Source: an uncultured archaeon (GTDB lineage: Archaea; Asgardarchaeota; Lokiarchaeia; Sigyniarchaeales; SOKP01). Taken from it: a stretch of 64,000 bases of DNA. Where the stretch lies: positions 32,001-96,000 of the forward strand of contig CAZDTP010000007.1 in the NCBI GenBank assembly GCA_964508365.1, given 5' to 3'. The position numbers were made by a program, and so were the translations under genes. The notes under the pieces were generated by a model. The model worked only from the letters and a program-made list of their open reading frames with translations, had not been told where the DNA came from and did no database searches. Below, one piece after another: positions 9,123-19,499 of the stretch. Positions within the stretch are counted from its first letter, which is position 1. Every line of letters starts with the position of its first letter.

Positions 9123-9695
9123 ATGGTGAAAAGATGCAAATGGGCAGATTATAATGATTTGATGAAGGAATATCATGATAAAGAATGGGGGACACCTCAA
9201 CATAATGACAAAATGCTCTACGAACTCTTGATTTTGGAAGGAATGCAAGCTGGTTTAAGCTGGAACACAGTGCTTCAAAAACGAGACAATTTTAGAAAAG
9301 CGTTTGATAATTTTAACTATAATAAAATTATAGGATATAAAGAAAACAAAATCGAGGAATTGATGCGAAACGAAGGAATAATTCGAAATCGATTAAAGAT
9401 TCAATCCGTAATCACAAACGCTAAATCCTTTATTAAAATTCAAGAAGAATTTGGTTCATTTAATAAATATGTATGGGATTTTGTGAATAATACATCAGTT
9501 CATAATTCTTGGAAAAAGTTAGAAGATTTACCTTCAAACACTGAACTTTCAAACAGAATTAGCAAAGATATGAAAAAAAGAGGATTTAAATTTGTCGGAT
9601 CGACAATAATATACTCCTTTTTACAAGCTATTGGAGTTGTAAATGACCATACAACTGATTGCTTTCGATACAGCGAATTGATTAATTCTTCTTAG
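9123..9695 (+). CDS. tag: DNA-3-methyladenine glycosylase I
   Basis: RCKWA, YHDKEWG, LEGMQAGLSW, IIRNRLKI, KKRGFKFVG, NDHTTDC. Confidence 0.95.
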   Translation: MVKRCKWADYNDLMKEYHDKEWGTPQHNDKMLYELLILEGMQAGLSWNTVLQKRDNFRKAFDNFNYNKIIGYKENKIEELMRNEGIIRNRLKIQSVITNAKSFIKIQEEFGSFNKYVWDFVNNTSVHNSWKKLEDLPSNTELSNRISKDMKKRGFKFVGSTIIYSFLQAIGVVNDHTTDCFRYSELINSS

Positions 9696-9697
9696 TG

Positions 9698-10999
9698 CTA
9701 ATTTAAATTCTGTAAACCAATTTCTTTTTCTGCATATTCCTTTAACGCTATCCATTGGGCAGCTGTTGTTCCATAATATTTAAATACAGCGATACCTAAA
9801 CCAAAATTGAACCCTCTCATTTGTTTTAGCATTTCCTCTGGGTTACATTCGACAGAATTTGTAACTGCTAACACAGGGCTTTTAAATTCGTGAATTCTTT
9901 TCTTCATATTCCTTCTGAAATACCAATAGAAAAGATTTCCAACTTTCTCCCAATACCATCCATCGTTTCGCGTTCCCATTAAATAGGGATATTCCATAGG
10001 AGATACGACATCTAAAATTGAAGATAATTGTGTCCAATCTTGCCCTAATCTTTTTTGAGAAAACATCTTCTTAGGACCAGGAAGACAAAACCATCCTGAA
10101 GTACAATCTTTATTTGTCTTCTTTATGACTGTTTGTAGCTTTCGGGCGTAATTTGCTATCGTATCAGACTTAAAATCATACCATTCATGGCTTTTTAATA
10201 TTTTAGCTTTAAATCCATAATTTTTATTAAATTTCTCTATACATCGATCACAACAGCATAAATCAGTAAAAGCTCCATCATATCTAATATAATCAGCGAA
10301 GAAACCACTCACCGAATAGTTTTTTACGACTTCTTCTGTTAGGTCTAAAAGATAATTAACATGTTTGCTATTAGGGCACATAAAACTAGTAGTAGGGATA
10401 TATCCTTCCCCTCTAGCTCCCCTTGCTTTTCCTAACTTTTCATCAATCTTTTCAGTAAGAAAGGGCACTTTCTTTTTATAGTCTTTAAATGACACACCCT
10501 CAGGCAAATTAATTCTCATCTCACCTTCGTTGTGGGTCGATATTTCCCCTTTCTTGTAGTGAATTCCAGATTTTTTGCCCGTTGTCCCATGTATGCTAAC
10601 ACGGTCAGGGTGGGTAACACCTTGGTAAGCATCGTTCATACTTGTAAACGAAACCATTATCCTTATATTGCTATCTTTACCCACATCACAGAATTCCCCT
10701 AAAATGTCTCTATTGATGGGATTCCATCCAACTGACGTATCCCAAATACACGCTCCGTCCGTATCTTTAATAACAAGTCCTAAGACATTAAAATGGCTTT
10801 CTTCTAATTTATCCATGACTTCTTTTACATTCAATTCTTTCTCAGCATATTCGTAATTTAACTTTCGAAATCCACTTGAACCCCTTACGGGCATTAAGCC
10901 CATTGCATAAATTTTCTTTGCCTTAAAAGCAGATTTTAATGCTGATACTTTTTCTGGATTGGATTTATAATAATCTGACCAATTAAATACGCCTTTCAT
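9698..10999 (-). CDS. Glycoside-hydrolase-like TIM-barrel protein (GHL6/GHL10-like)
   Basis: KDTDG, DILGEF, MCPNS, GFFADYIRYD, CCCDRC; no signal peptide. Confidence 0.6.
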   Translation of the reverse strand: MKGVFNWSDYYKSNPEKVSALKSAFKAKKIYAMGLMPVRGSSGFRKLNYEYAEKELNVKEVMDKLEESHFNVLGLVIKDTDGACIWDTSVGWNPINRDILGEFCDVGKDSNIRIMVSFTSMNDAYQGVTHPDRVSIHGTTGKKSGIHYKKGEISTHNEGEMRINLPEGVSFKDYKKKVPFLTEKIDEKLGKARGARGEGYIPTTSFMCPNSKHVNYLLDLTEEVVKNYSVSGFFADYIRYDGAFTDLCCCDRCIEKFNKNYGFKAKILKSHEWYDFKSDTIANYARKLQTVIKKTNKDCTSGWFCLPGPKKMFSQKRLGQDWTQLSSILDVVSPMEYPYLMGTRNDGWYWEKVGNLFYWYFRRNMKKRIHEFKSPVLAVTNSVECNPEEMLKQMRGFNFGLGIAVFKYYGTTAAQWIALKEYAEKEIGLQNLN

Positions 11000-11288
11000 A
11001 TTATCTCAATACTAATTTACTCTCTATTTTTCAAGTAACATCTTAAAGAGACACATAAAATAGATAATTTTATCTTCAAATTCGATAATTATTTAAAACA
11101 ATTCTTATAGTAAATTTTTAAGGTTATCAGAATTTTTAATAATACAATCATTAAAACATTTATTTATATATTCTAGAACGATTATTTATAATTGAAATCA
11201 TATTAAAATATATACTTATCACATCGATTTAATAGAAAAGACAAAACAATCAAGAATGATACTTTTATTTGGAGAAAAATGAACAAAA

Positions 11289-11813
11289 ATGTACGATGCT
11301 ACCTTTAAAATAATAATTTTCGGGGATGCGGGTTGTGGGAAAACAACTCTAACTCAAAGATTTTTAACAAATTTATTTATATCAGATCAAACCATGACGA
11401 TCGGAGTTGACTTTGAAGTAAAAAGCCTAGCAGTTGACGAACAAAAAGTAAAATTACAAATTTGGGATTTTGGAGGGGAAGAAAGGTTTAGGTTTTTACT
11501 CCCCACATATGTGAGAGGTGCTCGTGGTGGTTTGTTCTTATACGATATTACTAATTTTTCCTCAATTGCTCACATTGACGATTGGCTCAGCATTATACGA
11601 AAGGAAATAAGAGCTGAAGAGATATTTCCCATTATAGTTGTCGGAGGAAAGGCAGATTTAGTAGAAAGCAGAGAAGTCGCATCTGCTGAAGGTATTAAGA
11701 TTGCAAAATCAAGAAATACAAATGGTTTTATTGAAACAAGCTCTAAAACTGGAGAAAATGTAGAAAAAACCTTTGAAGCATTAACGAGATTAATGCTTAA
11801 TGACGCAAGATAG
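11289..11813 (+). CDS. Rab-like small GTPase
   Basis: G1 GDAGCGKT, G2 TIGVDF, G3 WDFGGE, G4 GKAD, G5 ETSSK; no C-terminal prenylation motif. Confidence 0.92.
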   Translation: MYDATFKIIIFGDAGCGKTTLTQRFLTNLFISDQTMTIGVDFEVKSLAVDEQKVKLQIWDFGGEERFRFLLPTYVRGARGGLFLYDITNFSSIAHIDDWLSIIRKEIRAEEIFPIIVVGGKADLVESREVASAEGIKIAKSRNTNGFIETSSKTGENVEKTFEALTRLMLNDAR

Positions 11814-11883
11814 AGATTAAATAATTATACTCTACATATTAAATCATTTATTTGCAAAAAAAGCACTACTACTTATAACAATA

Positions 11884-12750
11884 TTATCTATTTATGATTT
11901 CAGTAATTTTTTCGGGTTCTTTAGTATTAATCCTCCGATTTAACACCATTGTCTGATACTCCATGTCCTTTTTATATTGGTTCGCATACCTAATTAACTG
12001 CTCGATAATTTCAATTTCTTCTTCTGCATCACTAATACGATACCCTCCAAAATTGGGTATTTCAGCGTAGTCCTTTTTTAGAATTTCTTGAAGCTCGCTG
12101 GGTAACACATCGGTTCTATCTTTTAATGCTGAATTTATAGCGTCAATTAAATCTCTATATATCTCCTGTTTGCCGAACTGACATAAAACGCATTTCGAGC
12201 TTCTATTTTTAAGAATATATAGTATTATAATACCAATTAAGTATCTAAAAGATTCGACTACTTCATTGAAGATACCTTTTTTCATGTATTTTTTCACGAT
12301 AATTTCTGCAATTGAGTATAAACTTGAGAAATATATGGCTCTGTAAAAATAGGCGGGATCAACACAGAACAATCGTGTGAACCAAAAGGGACTAGTTTCG
12401 TAAGGTGGATCTTCATGAAGGATATAGTTTACCAACCTTCCGTCCCGTTCTTTATATAGTGTCCTTTCTTTTTTTAGGATATTTAAATAGGTAGAAATAG
12501 TGGACCGAGCGATATCTTTAAAAAATTTCTTATACTCTAATTCTACGTCACGTGTTGTGACTTTTTTTTTCCCCTCGAGAAAGAATTTAAGCATGATGCC
12601 TAAAATTCGATTCTCGTGAAGGCGTCCGGTCTTTATCTGTTGTTCTTCTGATTCATCTTCCCGTATGTTATAAATATCAATTAGTTCAGGAGCGATTTCG
12701 TGAATTATTTTTTCTAAGATATAAATATTTAATTCAGTAATTTCTAACAA
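11884..12750 (-). CDS. Winged helix-turn-helix protein with uncharacterised C-terminal domain
   Basis: VTTRDVELEYKKFFKDIARSTISTYLNILKKERTLYKERDGR..Y wHTH pattern. Confidence 0.6.
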   Translation of the reverse strand: MLEITELNIYILEKIIHEIAPELIDIYNIREDESEEQQIKTGRLHENRILGIMLKFFLEGKKKVTTRDVELEYKKFFKDIARSTISTYLNILKKERTLYKERDGRLVNYILHEDPPYETSPFWFTRLFCVDPAYFYRAIYFSSLYSIAEIIVKKYMKKGIFNEVVESFRYLIGIIILYILKNRSSKCVLCQFGKQEIYRDLIDAINSALKDRTDVLPSELQEILKKDYAEIPNFGGYRISDAEEEIEIIEQLIRYANQYKKDMEYQTMVLNRRINTKEPEKITEIINR

Positions 12751-12956
12751 TCCTCAAAATTGATATTTAGTTAACTTATTAAAAAAAATGTAAACTTTTA
12801 ATAATATTTATTCTAGTTGAATAGAATATTAATTCTATCTAATAAAACTACTATAAATATGGTAAGTTTAGGAATTTTTTCATAATAATATTCAAAATTT
12901 AAAAAATCTATAACAATTAAATAAATTCTAGTTTTTTAGGACTTCTTAAGTGGTGG

Positions 12957-14747
12957 CTATTGACCGTATTTTTCTTTCCAGATAGGGTCGTTTATTTGGA
13001 GAGCACGCCGTTGAACCTTCCCTATGATGTTTTTTGGCAAATCCCCAATGATAGCAATACTTTGAGGTACCTTATAATGAGCCATATTTTCTTTAGCCCA
13101 TTCTTTGATCGAATGTGGTGATAAATCAGAGTCTTCCCTTATCGAAACCCAAGCTTTTATCAATTCTCCTGACTGATCATCAGGTAAACCCGATACAGCG
13201 ACTTCTAAGATATCCGGGTGTTTCATTAAGAGTTCCTCTACTTCTTTTGGAAAGACTGAAAAACCTTTGAACTTAATTAATTGTTTCTTACGGTCCCTAA
13301 TTTCAATTGTCCCATCCTCATTCATGAATCCAATATCACCCGTTAGCAACCATTTTTTTCCGTTGTATTCAATTAAAGTTTCAGCTGTCTCCTCGGGTTG
13401 GTCCAAATACCCTTTCATTATCTGAGGACCAAAAATACATATTTCTCCAGTATGCTCAACTCCAAAATTAGTATCATCGGGATTTCCTAAACAAATCGGT
13501 CCTTTAGAAAAATCATCTGAGTGAAAAATACCCCATCCTGTTCCTGGAAAAGGCATACCTATTACCTCAACCGGACTCTCCCCAAATAAATTGCCTGCAC
13601 TTACAGCGGGACTGGCTTCACTTAATCCATATCCTTCCACAATTCTCCCTCCCGTGTTTGTAACGAACGCGTCTCGCACTTGTTTATGTAAAGGTCCAGC
13701 GCTAGAAATACATAATTTAAATTTTCCCATTACTCCTGGATATCTTCTATTCAAATCTTTTAATTCGGCAAGCTTTATAAACAAAATTTCTGCCCCCGCG
13801 TATATCAAACCTTCCGAACATGGTAGCTTCTCTATTAGCTCACATAGCTCGTCTTGAGATGGTGGTGATGGGAAGAGCATCATCCAACCACCTATTGCAA
13901 TAGAAGTGTTCATGACAATCGTGTGAGCAAAACTATGGAATAAAGGGAGTATGCCTATATTTCCTATATCTGGCATTTCCCCTCCTAACCACAGCTTGCA
14001 TTGTTCTGCATTCGATACTACATTAAAATGGGTTAATACTGCAGCTTTCGGTAAACCTGTGGTTCCTCCTGTCATAATAAATGTGGCCGCATCCTTTTTT
14101 GCGTCAATATTTATGTTTATATCGGCATCTCTTGGTTCAGTTTTCATAAGATCTTTGAATTTGATTGCTCCTTCGCAATCACATTTTCCTGTTGGAATTT
14201 TTTTTAAGAACTTTCCAAGAACTTTCTTAATTCCAAACATCTGAACTAAATCAACAAGGTTGCTATAAACTACAATTTCAATATCTGTATTTCCAATTAT
14301 GGGGCTGATGTAAGATTCATATAACGAATCCAACGCAATTAGCATTTTAGGTTTAACAATATGTATTTGATGTAAAATTTCAATAGGCTGGTATGTTGGA
14401 TTTATACCAGTGGCAATTGCTCCTATCCGCGTAATAGCATAGTAAGACACGATATATTGAATGCAATTTGGTAGATGGATAGCTACGACGTCACCCTTCT
14501 TAATCCCTAAATCCACTAAAGCAGTAGCTAACCGCTTAACATAATCTTGAAATTGCTTATAAGTTACCCACGTGTCGAGAAACCATATTAGATTATGATC
14601 TGGATACTTCTCAACTTGACCATCTAACATCTCATTCAAGGATTTTTCTTCAAACTCTGCGTTGTATGGCACACTTTTTGGCCACCACTTTTGAAACCAT
14701 CTCTTATTCTCGTCAATTTGGTATGGTTTGTTTTTACTAGTATACAT
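12957..14747 (-). CDS. Long-chain fatty acid--CoA ligase (ANL family)
   Basis: TGGTTGLPKAA, EGYGLSEA, TGDIG, DRKKQLIK, GKVQRR. Confidence 0.93.
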   Translation of the reverse strand: MYTSKNKPYQIDENKRWFQKWWPKSVPYNAEFEEKSLNEMLDGQVEKYPDHNLIWFLDTWVTYKQFQDYVKRLATALVDLGIKKGDVVAIHLPNCIQYIVSYYAITRIGAIATGINPTYQPIEILHQIHIVKPKMLIALDSLYESYISPIIGNTDIEIVVYSNLVDLVQMFGIKKVLGKFLKKIPTGKCDCEGAIKFKDLMKTEPRDADININIDAKKDAATFIMTGGTTGLPKAAVLTHFNVVSNAEQCKLWLGGEMPDIGNIGILPLFHSFAHTIVMNTSIAIGGWMMLFPSPPSQDELCELIEKLPCSEGLIYAGAEILFIKLAELKDLNRRYPGVMGKFKLCISSAGPLHKQVRDAFVTNTGGRIVEGYGLSEASPAVSAGNLFGESPVEVIGMPFPGTGWGIFHSDDFSKGPICLGNPDDTNFGVEHTGEICIFGPQIMKGYLDQPEETAETLIEYNGKKWLLTGDIGFMNEDGTIEIRDRKKQLIKFKGFSVFPKEVEELLMKHPDILEVAVSGLPDDQSGELIKAWVSIREDSDLSPHSIKEWAKENMAHYKVPQSIAIIGDLPKNIIGKVQRRALQINDPIWKEKYGQ

Positions 14748-14840
14748 TTCACGTCTTACCTTATTTTTTCTAATAATAATTGAATAAGATAATTTTGATA
14801 ACTCTGAATTTAAAATTATCCTTAACGATATTAAAGCCAG

Positions 14841-14862
14841 AAAAATAAAAAAATAAAAAAAA
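14841..14862 (-). terminator. Oligo-T intrinsic terminator after 708-aa surface protein gene
   Basis: A-rich run on + (T-tract on -) about 25 nt downstream of the stop at 14888. Confidence 0.5.
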
Positions 14863-14887
14863 GAGTGGTATTTAATTTGATTGAGTC

Positions 14888-17014
14888 CTAAAATCTCGAA
14901 TCTTTACGCCTTTTAATTAAAATAGTAGCAACACCAAGTAAACCTACACCAGCAACCAAGAGAATTAAAGCCCAGAAACCTGTGGCTTCAAAAACCATGA
15001 ACACGCTGAACGTAGGATCGTGCCATATACCACTTCCTTTTTCGAACATTGGGAAGCAAATAGCGTAAACCATAACGCTAAGGGTAACATTTAAGCCAAT
15101 ATCGGCAGCAAAAGTATCTACTTCACCTGGTGTTCCTTCGAAAGTCTCATGCTTATCTTTTTCAACTTCAAACAAAGCAACTGGAAGGATGCTCGTGTTT
15201 GCAGGTGCACTCGTAATTGTTCCTTCCGGACCATAGAGGTAATCAGGTCCAGCGATATCGACAAAAGCTAATTTTTCCCTTATATTCTGAGGTAAATAAT
15301 TACCAATCTTAAGCGAACGAGTTGTTTCGTCGTAATCTTCTGCGGGATCTAATGCTTCGAGGGGGTCGTCACCAATAGTGTCGATTTTAAGGTGGAAGTG
15401 TAATACTGTTGAAACATAAACTATTGCGAGATCTAATCCAGCAATAGGGTTATTTGCACCTGGTGCATCAGGTCCGTTCCAAGGAGCAAAGAATTGATCT
15501 AACTTTACAGCACCATGTAAAACAGGTATCTTACTACCATCAGCAGCATCTAATTCTTCGTGTTTTGGCTCAAAAGTAAATCCAAATTGTATATATGCTA
15601 GGGATTCTGGAGTAGCTCCTAAGTATGAATCTGATTCTATTCCAACAGGAACTGGATTAAGTGTGGCTTGTTTTAATGTTAAGCCCCAAGAAACCTTATT
15701 ACCATCTTTTATAGGCAAATTAAAATCAAATTCACTTACCGCACCAAGCATTAATCGATGAGTTAATTCCGATCCACGAGGAACCTCTATAGGACGTCCG
15801 TCTACTAAAATCGGATCACCAGCAGAATTGTTTAGTTGTATATAATTTGCAGATATTCTATTATCAAAATTCGTATCGTTATACAAGAAAGCTCCAGTTA
15901 AGTGATGTGTGAACAAGAAAAATTCTATATCTAAACCCTGAAAGATTGCAGCAGGATTAACAGGGCCGCTACCACCACCCAATAAATTCAAAATCTCGGC
16001 GACATCAATGTGTATTTCGAAATTTTTAACCCATAATTGAAATAGATCGAAAGTAAATTCGTTAATTTCCTTTTTAACATTAGCATAAACGTCAAATTCG
16101 GTTAATAACCACTCCATATAACTGTCTTGTCTAACTTGAGCGGTTAAGTTCCATGAATCTAATATTGTACTTCCTTCCGGAACTTCTGCTTCTAATGTGA
16201 AATCAGAATCATCTCTCCCATCTTCACCAGTAACTTTCCAAGTTTTACTAAGACCAAATCCTGCACCTGTTATAATTTCTAACTTCCGCCATGAAATTGG
16301 ATTTAATACAAACAACTCTTCGCCCGTAAAAATGTCGTTAATATGAATTAAAAACCAAGTAATCAACTCAACGCCCTTTTGAATTAATTTATCGGGAATT
16401 CCTCCAATAGTAGAAGGACCAGTTATTGTAGGACTTGAGGACATAGGACCACCCATGTAAGGTTGAATTTCAAGGAAAAAATCAATGATTTTTTTCACTG
16501 CATTGACAAAAGAGCCATCGTTATCCCATATAATTAAAGTAACTCCAGCACCTACGGTTAAATTATACTGGTATGTTCCAGAGGTTTCAACTTCGCAATA
16601 AGCATATCCATATTCACTCACATTATACGATCCTGCGATGTAATCAAAAGGAACCATGTAATATTCTTTCCTTGGACTGCTGAAATCTCTTAAGGCAGAA
16701 TAAGTATTTTCTTGTGTTGCGCTTAGCGCATACACTCCCGGCATGATTTCCTTACCGCTAAAGTTCGTTAATGTTTGCATAAACAACATTTCAAATACTG
16801 TCGCTAAAACATTACCCCCGGGACCTAAACCCCTAAACATCATACCAAATATGCTTCCAAAACCCCCGATAAGAGCAGTGGGTTCTAAATTTCCAAGTTG
16901 GTCGTAAGTATAATCATTGTCGTTTTCGTAACCAGCTACCATCATTGGCGTGGCTGTAAAAGAAGCTACCACTAATGTTATAACCATTAGACTTTTAGTG
17001 CTTACTTTTTTCAT
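14888..17014 (-). CDS. Secreted, C-terminally membrane-anchored cell-surface (glyco)protein
   Basis: N-terminal basic+hydrophobic signal (MKKVSTKSLMVITLVVASFTATPMMVAG), 8 NxS/T sequons, WHDP motif then a TM helix and basic tail (IKRRKDSRF). Confidence 0.7.
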   Translation of the reverse strand: MKKVSTKSLMVITLVVASFTATPMMVAGYENDNDYTYDQLGNLEPTALIGGFGSIFGMMFRGLGPGGNVLATVFEMLFMQTLTNFSGKEIMPGVYALSATQENTYSALRDFSSPRKEYYMVPFDYIAGSYNVSEYGYAYCEVETSGTYQYNLTVGAGVTLIIWDNDGSFVNAVKKIIDFFLEIQPYMGGPMSSSPTITGPSTIGGIPDKLIQKGVELITWFLIHINDIFTGEELFVLNPISWRKLEIITGAGFGLSKTWKVTGEDGRDDSDFTLEAEVPEGSTILDSWNLTAQVRQDSYMEWLLTEFDVYANVKKEINEFTFDLFQLWVKNFEIHIDVAEILNLLGGGSGPVNPAAIFQGLDIEFFLFTHHLTGAFLYNDTNFDNRISANYIQLNNSAGDPILVDGRPIEVPRGSELTHRLMLGAVSEFDFNLPIKDGNKVSWGLTLKQATLNPVPVGIESDSYLGATPESLAYIQFGFTFEPKHEELDAADGSKIPVLHGAVKLDQFFAPWNGPDAPGANNPIAGLDLAIVYVSTVLHFHLKIDTIGDDPLEALDPAEDYDETTRSLKIGNYLPQNIREKLAFVDIAGPDYLYGPEGTITSAPANTSILPVALFEVEKDKHETFEGTPGEVDTFAADIGLNVTLSVMVYAICFPMFEKGSGIWHDPTFSVFMVFEATGFWALILLVAGVGLLGVATILIKRRKDSRF

Positions 17015-17326
17015 TATTTATGATCACATTGTTTTTTTTTAAATTTGGGTACTTAAAATAGGAATATCCTTTTTGTTTTTAATTGTTTATATTCTAATTC
17101 AATAGAAAATTTAAAATTAAGAGTTTTATCCTTACTAAATTTCGTGATTTCAGTATCATAAATTGTTTCGGTTAAATTAATTAATAATTTTGATATTTCT
17201 TTTAATTTAATGCATGGTTGATTTAATCCAATATCTAAATTAATTGTCCTTAATAAATTCTCTACAGATGATAATTAAACGGAGTAAAAAACAAGAAAAG
17301 TTGAAAATAAATGTAACAATTAAAAT

Positions 17327-18334
17327 CTATTCATCTAAAGTAATGAAAGTGTAAAATAACACGAAGATGTATAATATCGCTGAAATCAATAAACTCGATA
17401 CCCTCAAAAATCCTGAGATTTCATCAGTTGTTAAAATCACATTTGAACCAATAAACACCGCTGCGATTAAATACCCTAGAAAATAGCTTTTAAAACTGCC
17501 ATATTTTGACCTACCCCTTATAAGATTAATGAGGTACGTAAGGATTACGATTACTAAACCCGCAGTATAGATCAGGTCAACGATGGGATAGTTATATAAG
17601 TCCAAATACAAAAAAAATCCAAAAAGAAATACCACTAAAACCTTCACATTTGTAAAACTCTTTTTTTGAGTGGTGTCTACAAATAATTGCTCGTACTCGC
17701 TAATACCTGAATTAGAACACAAAATAATAAGAGAGCCGATTGATAAGGCTGTGAATAGGGAATAAGATATTTTAAAAAGATAATCAATAATGTTAAGCCA
17801 AATGTTATTCCATAGGAAAAGAGGTAGTTCTAAAAATTCAGGTATTATACTCACAGTACAGAAGATCGGGATTAGAGACGCTAAAACCATTACAAGCTTT
17901 GTTAAAAAGGAGGTTTTTGTATCTTCTTCCCAACTATCTTTTCTAAAAGTTGTTAAGCGCCATGCAAAAGAAGCAAAACTTAAAATAGAAATTACTGGGG
18001 TTATGATTGGAAAGACAAATATAAAGAGAATATAAACAGCATTGATTCCATAAAAAAATTTTAACCTTGATGGGACCACACTTATTTTATCATCAAAGGA
18101 TTCCATTGTGTTAGCAAATCGATTCGCAAATAATATTAGGAAAAATAACCAAGATACACTATAAACAATAGGGCTTAGAATTTTTATGACAATAAAATTC
18201 AAACTTGCATCGTTAGAATACCATAAGTTAAAGTCAACAAATGAAAATATCAAAAAAATACTCAACGGTACTAAAATAATAGCAAGCAAAACAATTAAAC
18301 GAGGGATTAATATTCCCTTAACAGTTTTCGTCAT
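17327..18334 (-). CDS. Polytopic membrane protein, unknown function
   Basis: Many hydrophobic segments (about 9-10) over 335 aa. Confidence 0.7.
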   Translation of the reverse strand: MTKTVKGILIPRLIVLLAIILVPLSIFLIFSFVDFNLWYSNDASLNFIVIKILSPIVYSVSWLFFLILFANRFANTMESFDDKISVVPSRLKFFYGINAVYILFIFVFPIITPVISILSFASFAWRLTTFRKDSWEEDTKTSFLTKLVMVLASLIPIFCTVSIIPEFLELPLFLWNNIWLNIIDYLFKISYSLFTALSIGSLIILCSNSGISEYEQLFVDTTQKKSFTNVKVLVVFLFGFFLYLDLYNYPIVDLIYTAGLVIVILTYLINLIRGRSKYGSFKSYFLGYLIAAVFIGSNVILTTDEISGFLRVSSLLISAILYIFVLFYTFITLDE

Positions 18335-18447
18335 CGATCACGTACACTTATCCTCTTTTAATAACTATATATATAATGATGATACGATATTTTAAAATCT
18401 CTGTTTTATATGTGTATCTTTGAGGAATCTAATTTATCTAGTGATTT

Positions 18448-18472
18448 AAAAAAAGAAAAAAAAAAAATAAAA
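18448..18472 (-). terminator. Oligo-T terminator after zinc-ribbon membrane protein gene
   Basis: ~25-nt A run on + just downstream of the stop at 18508. Confidence 0.5.
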
Positions 18473-18507
18473 TGATATGGGTATTTATCTTCTGTTTCCT
18501 AATTATT

Positions 18508-19242
18508 TCACGCCTTCATTCCACAATTAGTACAAAAATCATTACCTGCAACAAGTTTAGCTCCACAGTTAGTGCAATGATCACTATCTAAAATGGGTTC
18601 TTTATCATCTTCAACTTTCGCTTTAGATTTCTTACTTTTTTGTCTACTTCCCGCTCCAGTTGGCTTATATTTCAAACTGCCAATAAATCCACCAAAAACA
18701 GCACCTACAAGACAGCCTTCTAAAATAGCTGTAGATACGGCTAAAACATAGGGTAAATCAGTTAAACCCATTACTACTCCGTTAATTATCCCCCCAATGA
18801 TAGGGCCGATAACAGGGATCAGAGGTAATAAGAAATATAATAGTAAAGCAATGATTAAATACCCGATTCCAATAGCAAGACATGTTCGAATGCCTTTACC
18901 TGGCGTTTTAGCGTTTATACCGCATATCATCGAACAAGCTAATATCCAAGGCAATGTAACGGAGATTAACAACAATACGTCATCGGGGCGATAAATTAAG
19001 CACCAATGAATAGGAAATATTAGGATTAATATGAGTCCCAAAAATGCTCCCGCGAGAATACCAAGAATACCGCCAATTCCTGGCAATAATGACCCTAAAG
19101 AACTTAGGGCGACATTTACATTTACGATTAAATCTCCTGTAACGCTTGCAGTTAGGTCTAAGAATTGAAAACTAATCCAGGATGTTAATAAAAGAAATAT
19201 CATTCCTACGATTCCTGTCCAAAGTACACGTCCAAATCCCAT
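18508..19242 (-). CDS. Gly-rich membrane protein with C-terminal double zinc ribbon
   Basis: About 5-6 Gly-rich TM helices, basic linker, CTNCG-x9-CTNCG at the C-terminus. Confidence 0.7.
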   Translation of the reverse strand: MGFGRVLWTGIVGMIFLLLTSWISFQFLDLTASVTGDLIVNVNVALSSLGSLLPGIGGILGILAGAFLGLILILIFPIHWCLIYRPDDVLLLISVTLPWILACSMICGINAKTPGKGIRTCLAIGIGYLIIALLLYFLLPLIPVIGPIIGGIINGVVMGLTDLPYVLAVSTAILEGCLVGAVFGGFIGSLKYKPTGAGSRQKSKKSKAKVEDDKEPILDSDHCTNCGAKLVAGNDFCTNCGMKA

Positions 19243-19499
19243 GTGAAATTTTCTCGAATTCTTAATTCAATTTTATTTGATTTAATGATATTACATACTT
19301 ATTATTTGAAACATGCTTCGATTATTTAAAATTTTGTTTTTATCATTTTTATAGAAAATCTACACAATATTTTATAACAATTTTGAAAGTTCTGAACTAT
19401 TTTAGAAAGGGAGAAACACAAGGTCAATGATTTTAAAATTGGGATGATCTCTGGGTGATATAAATAAAATTTGAGATAAAAAAAGTTAAATAAAATTAG

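Noticed and set aside
11062-11075. Inverted repeat AGATAA-N2-TTATCT between the GH-like and Rab genes
   Set aside because: Short AT-rich palindrome expected by chance; no second convincing copy
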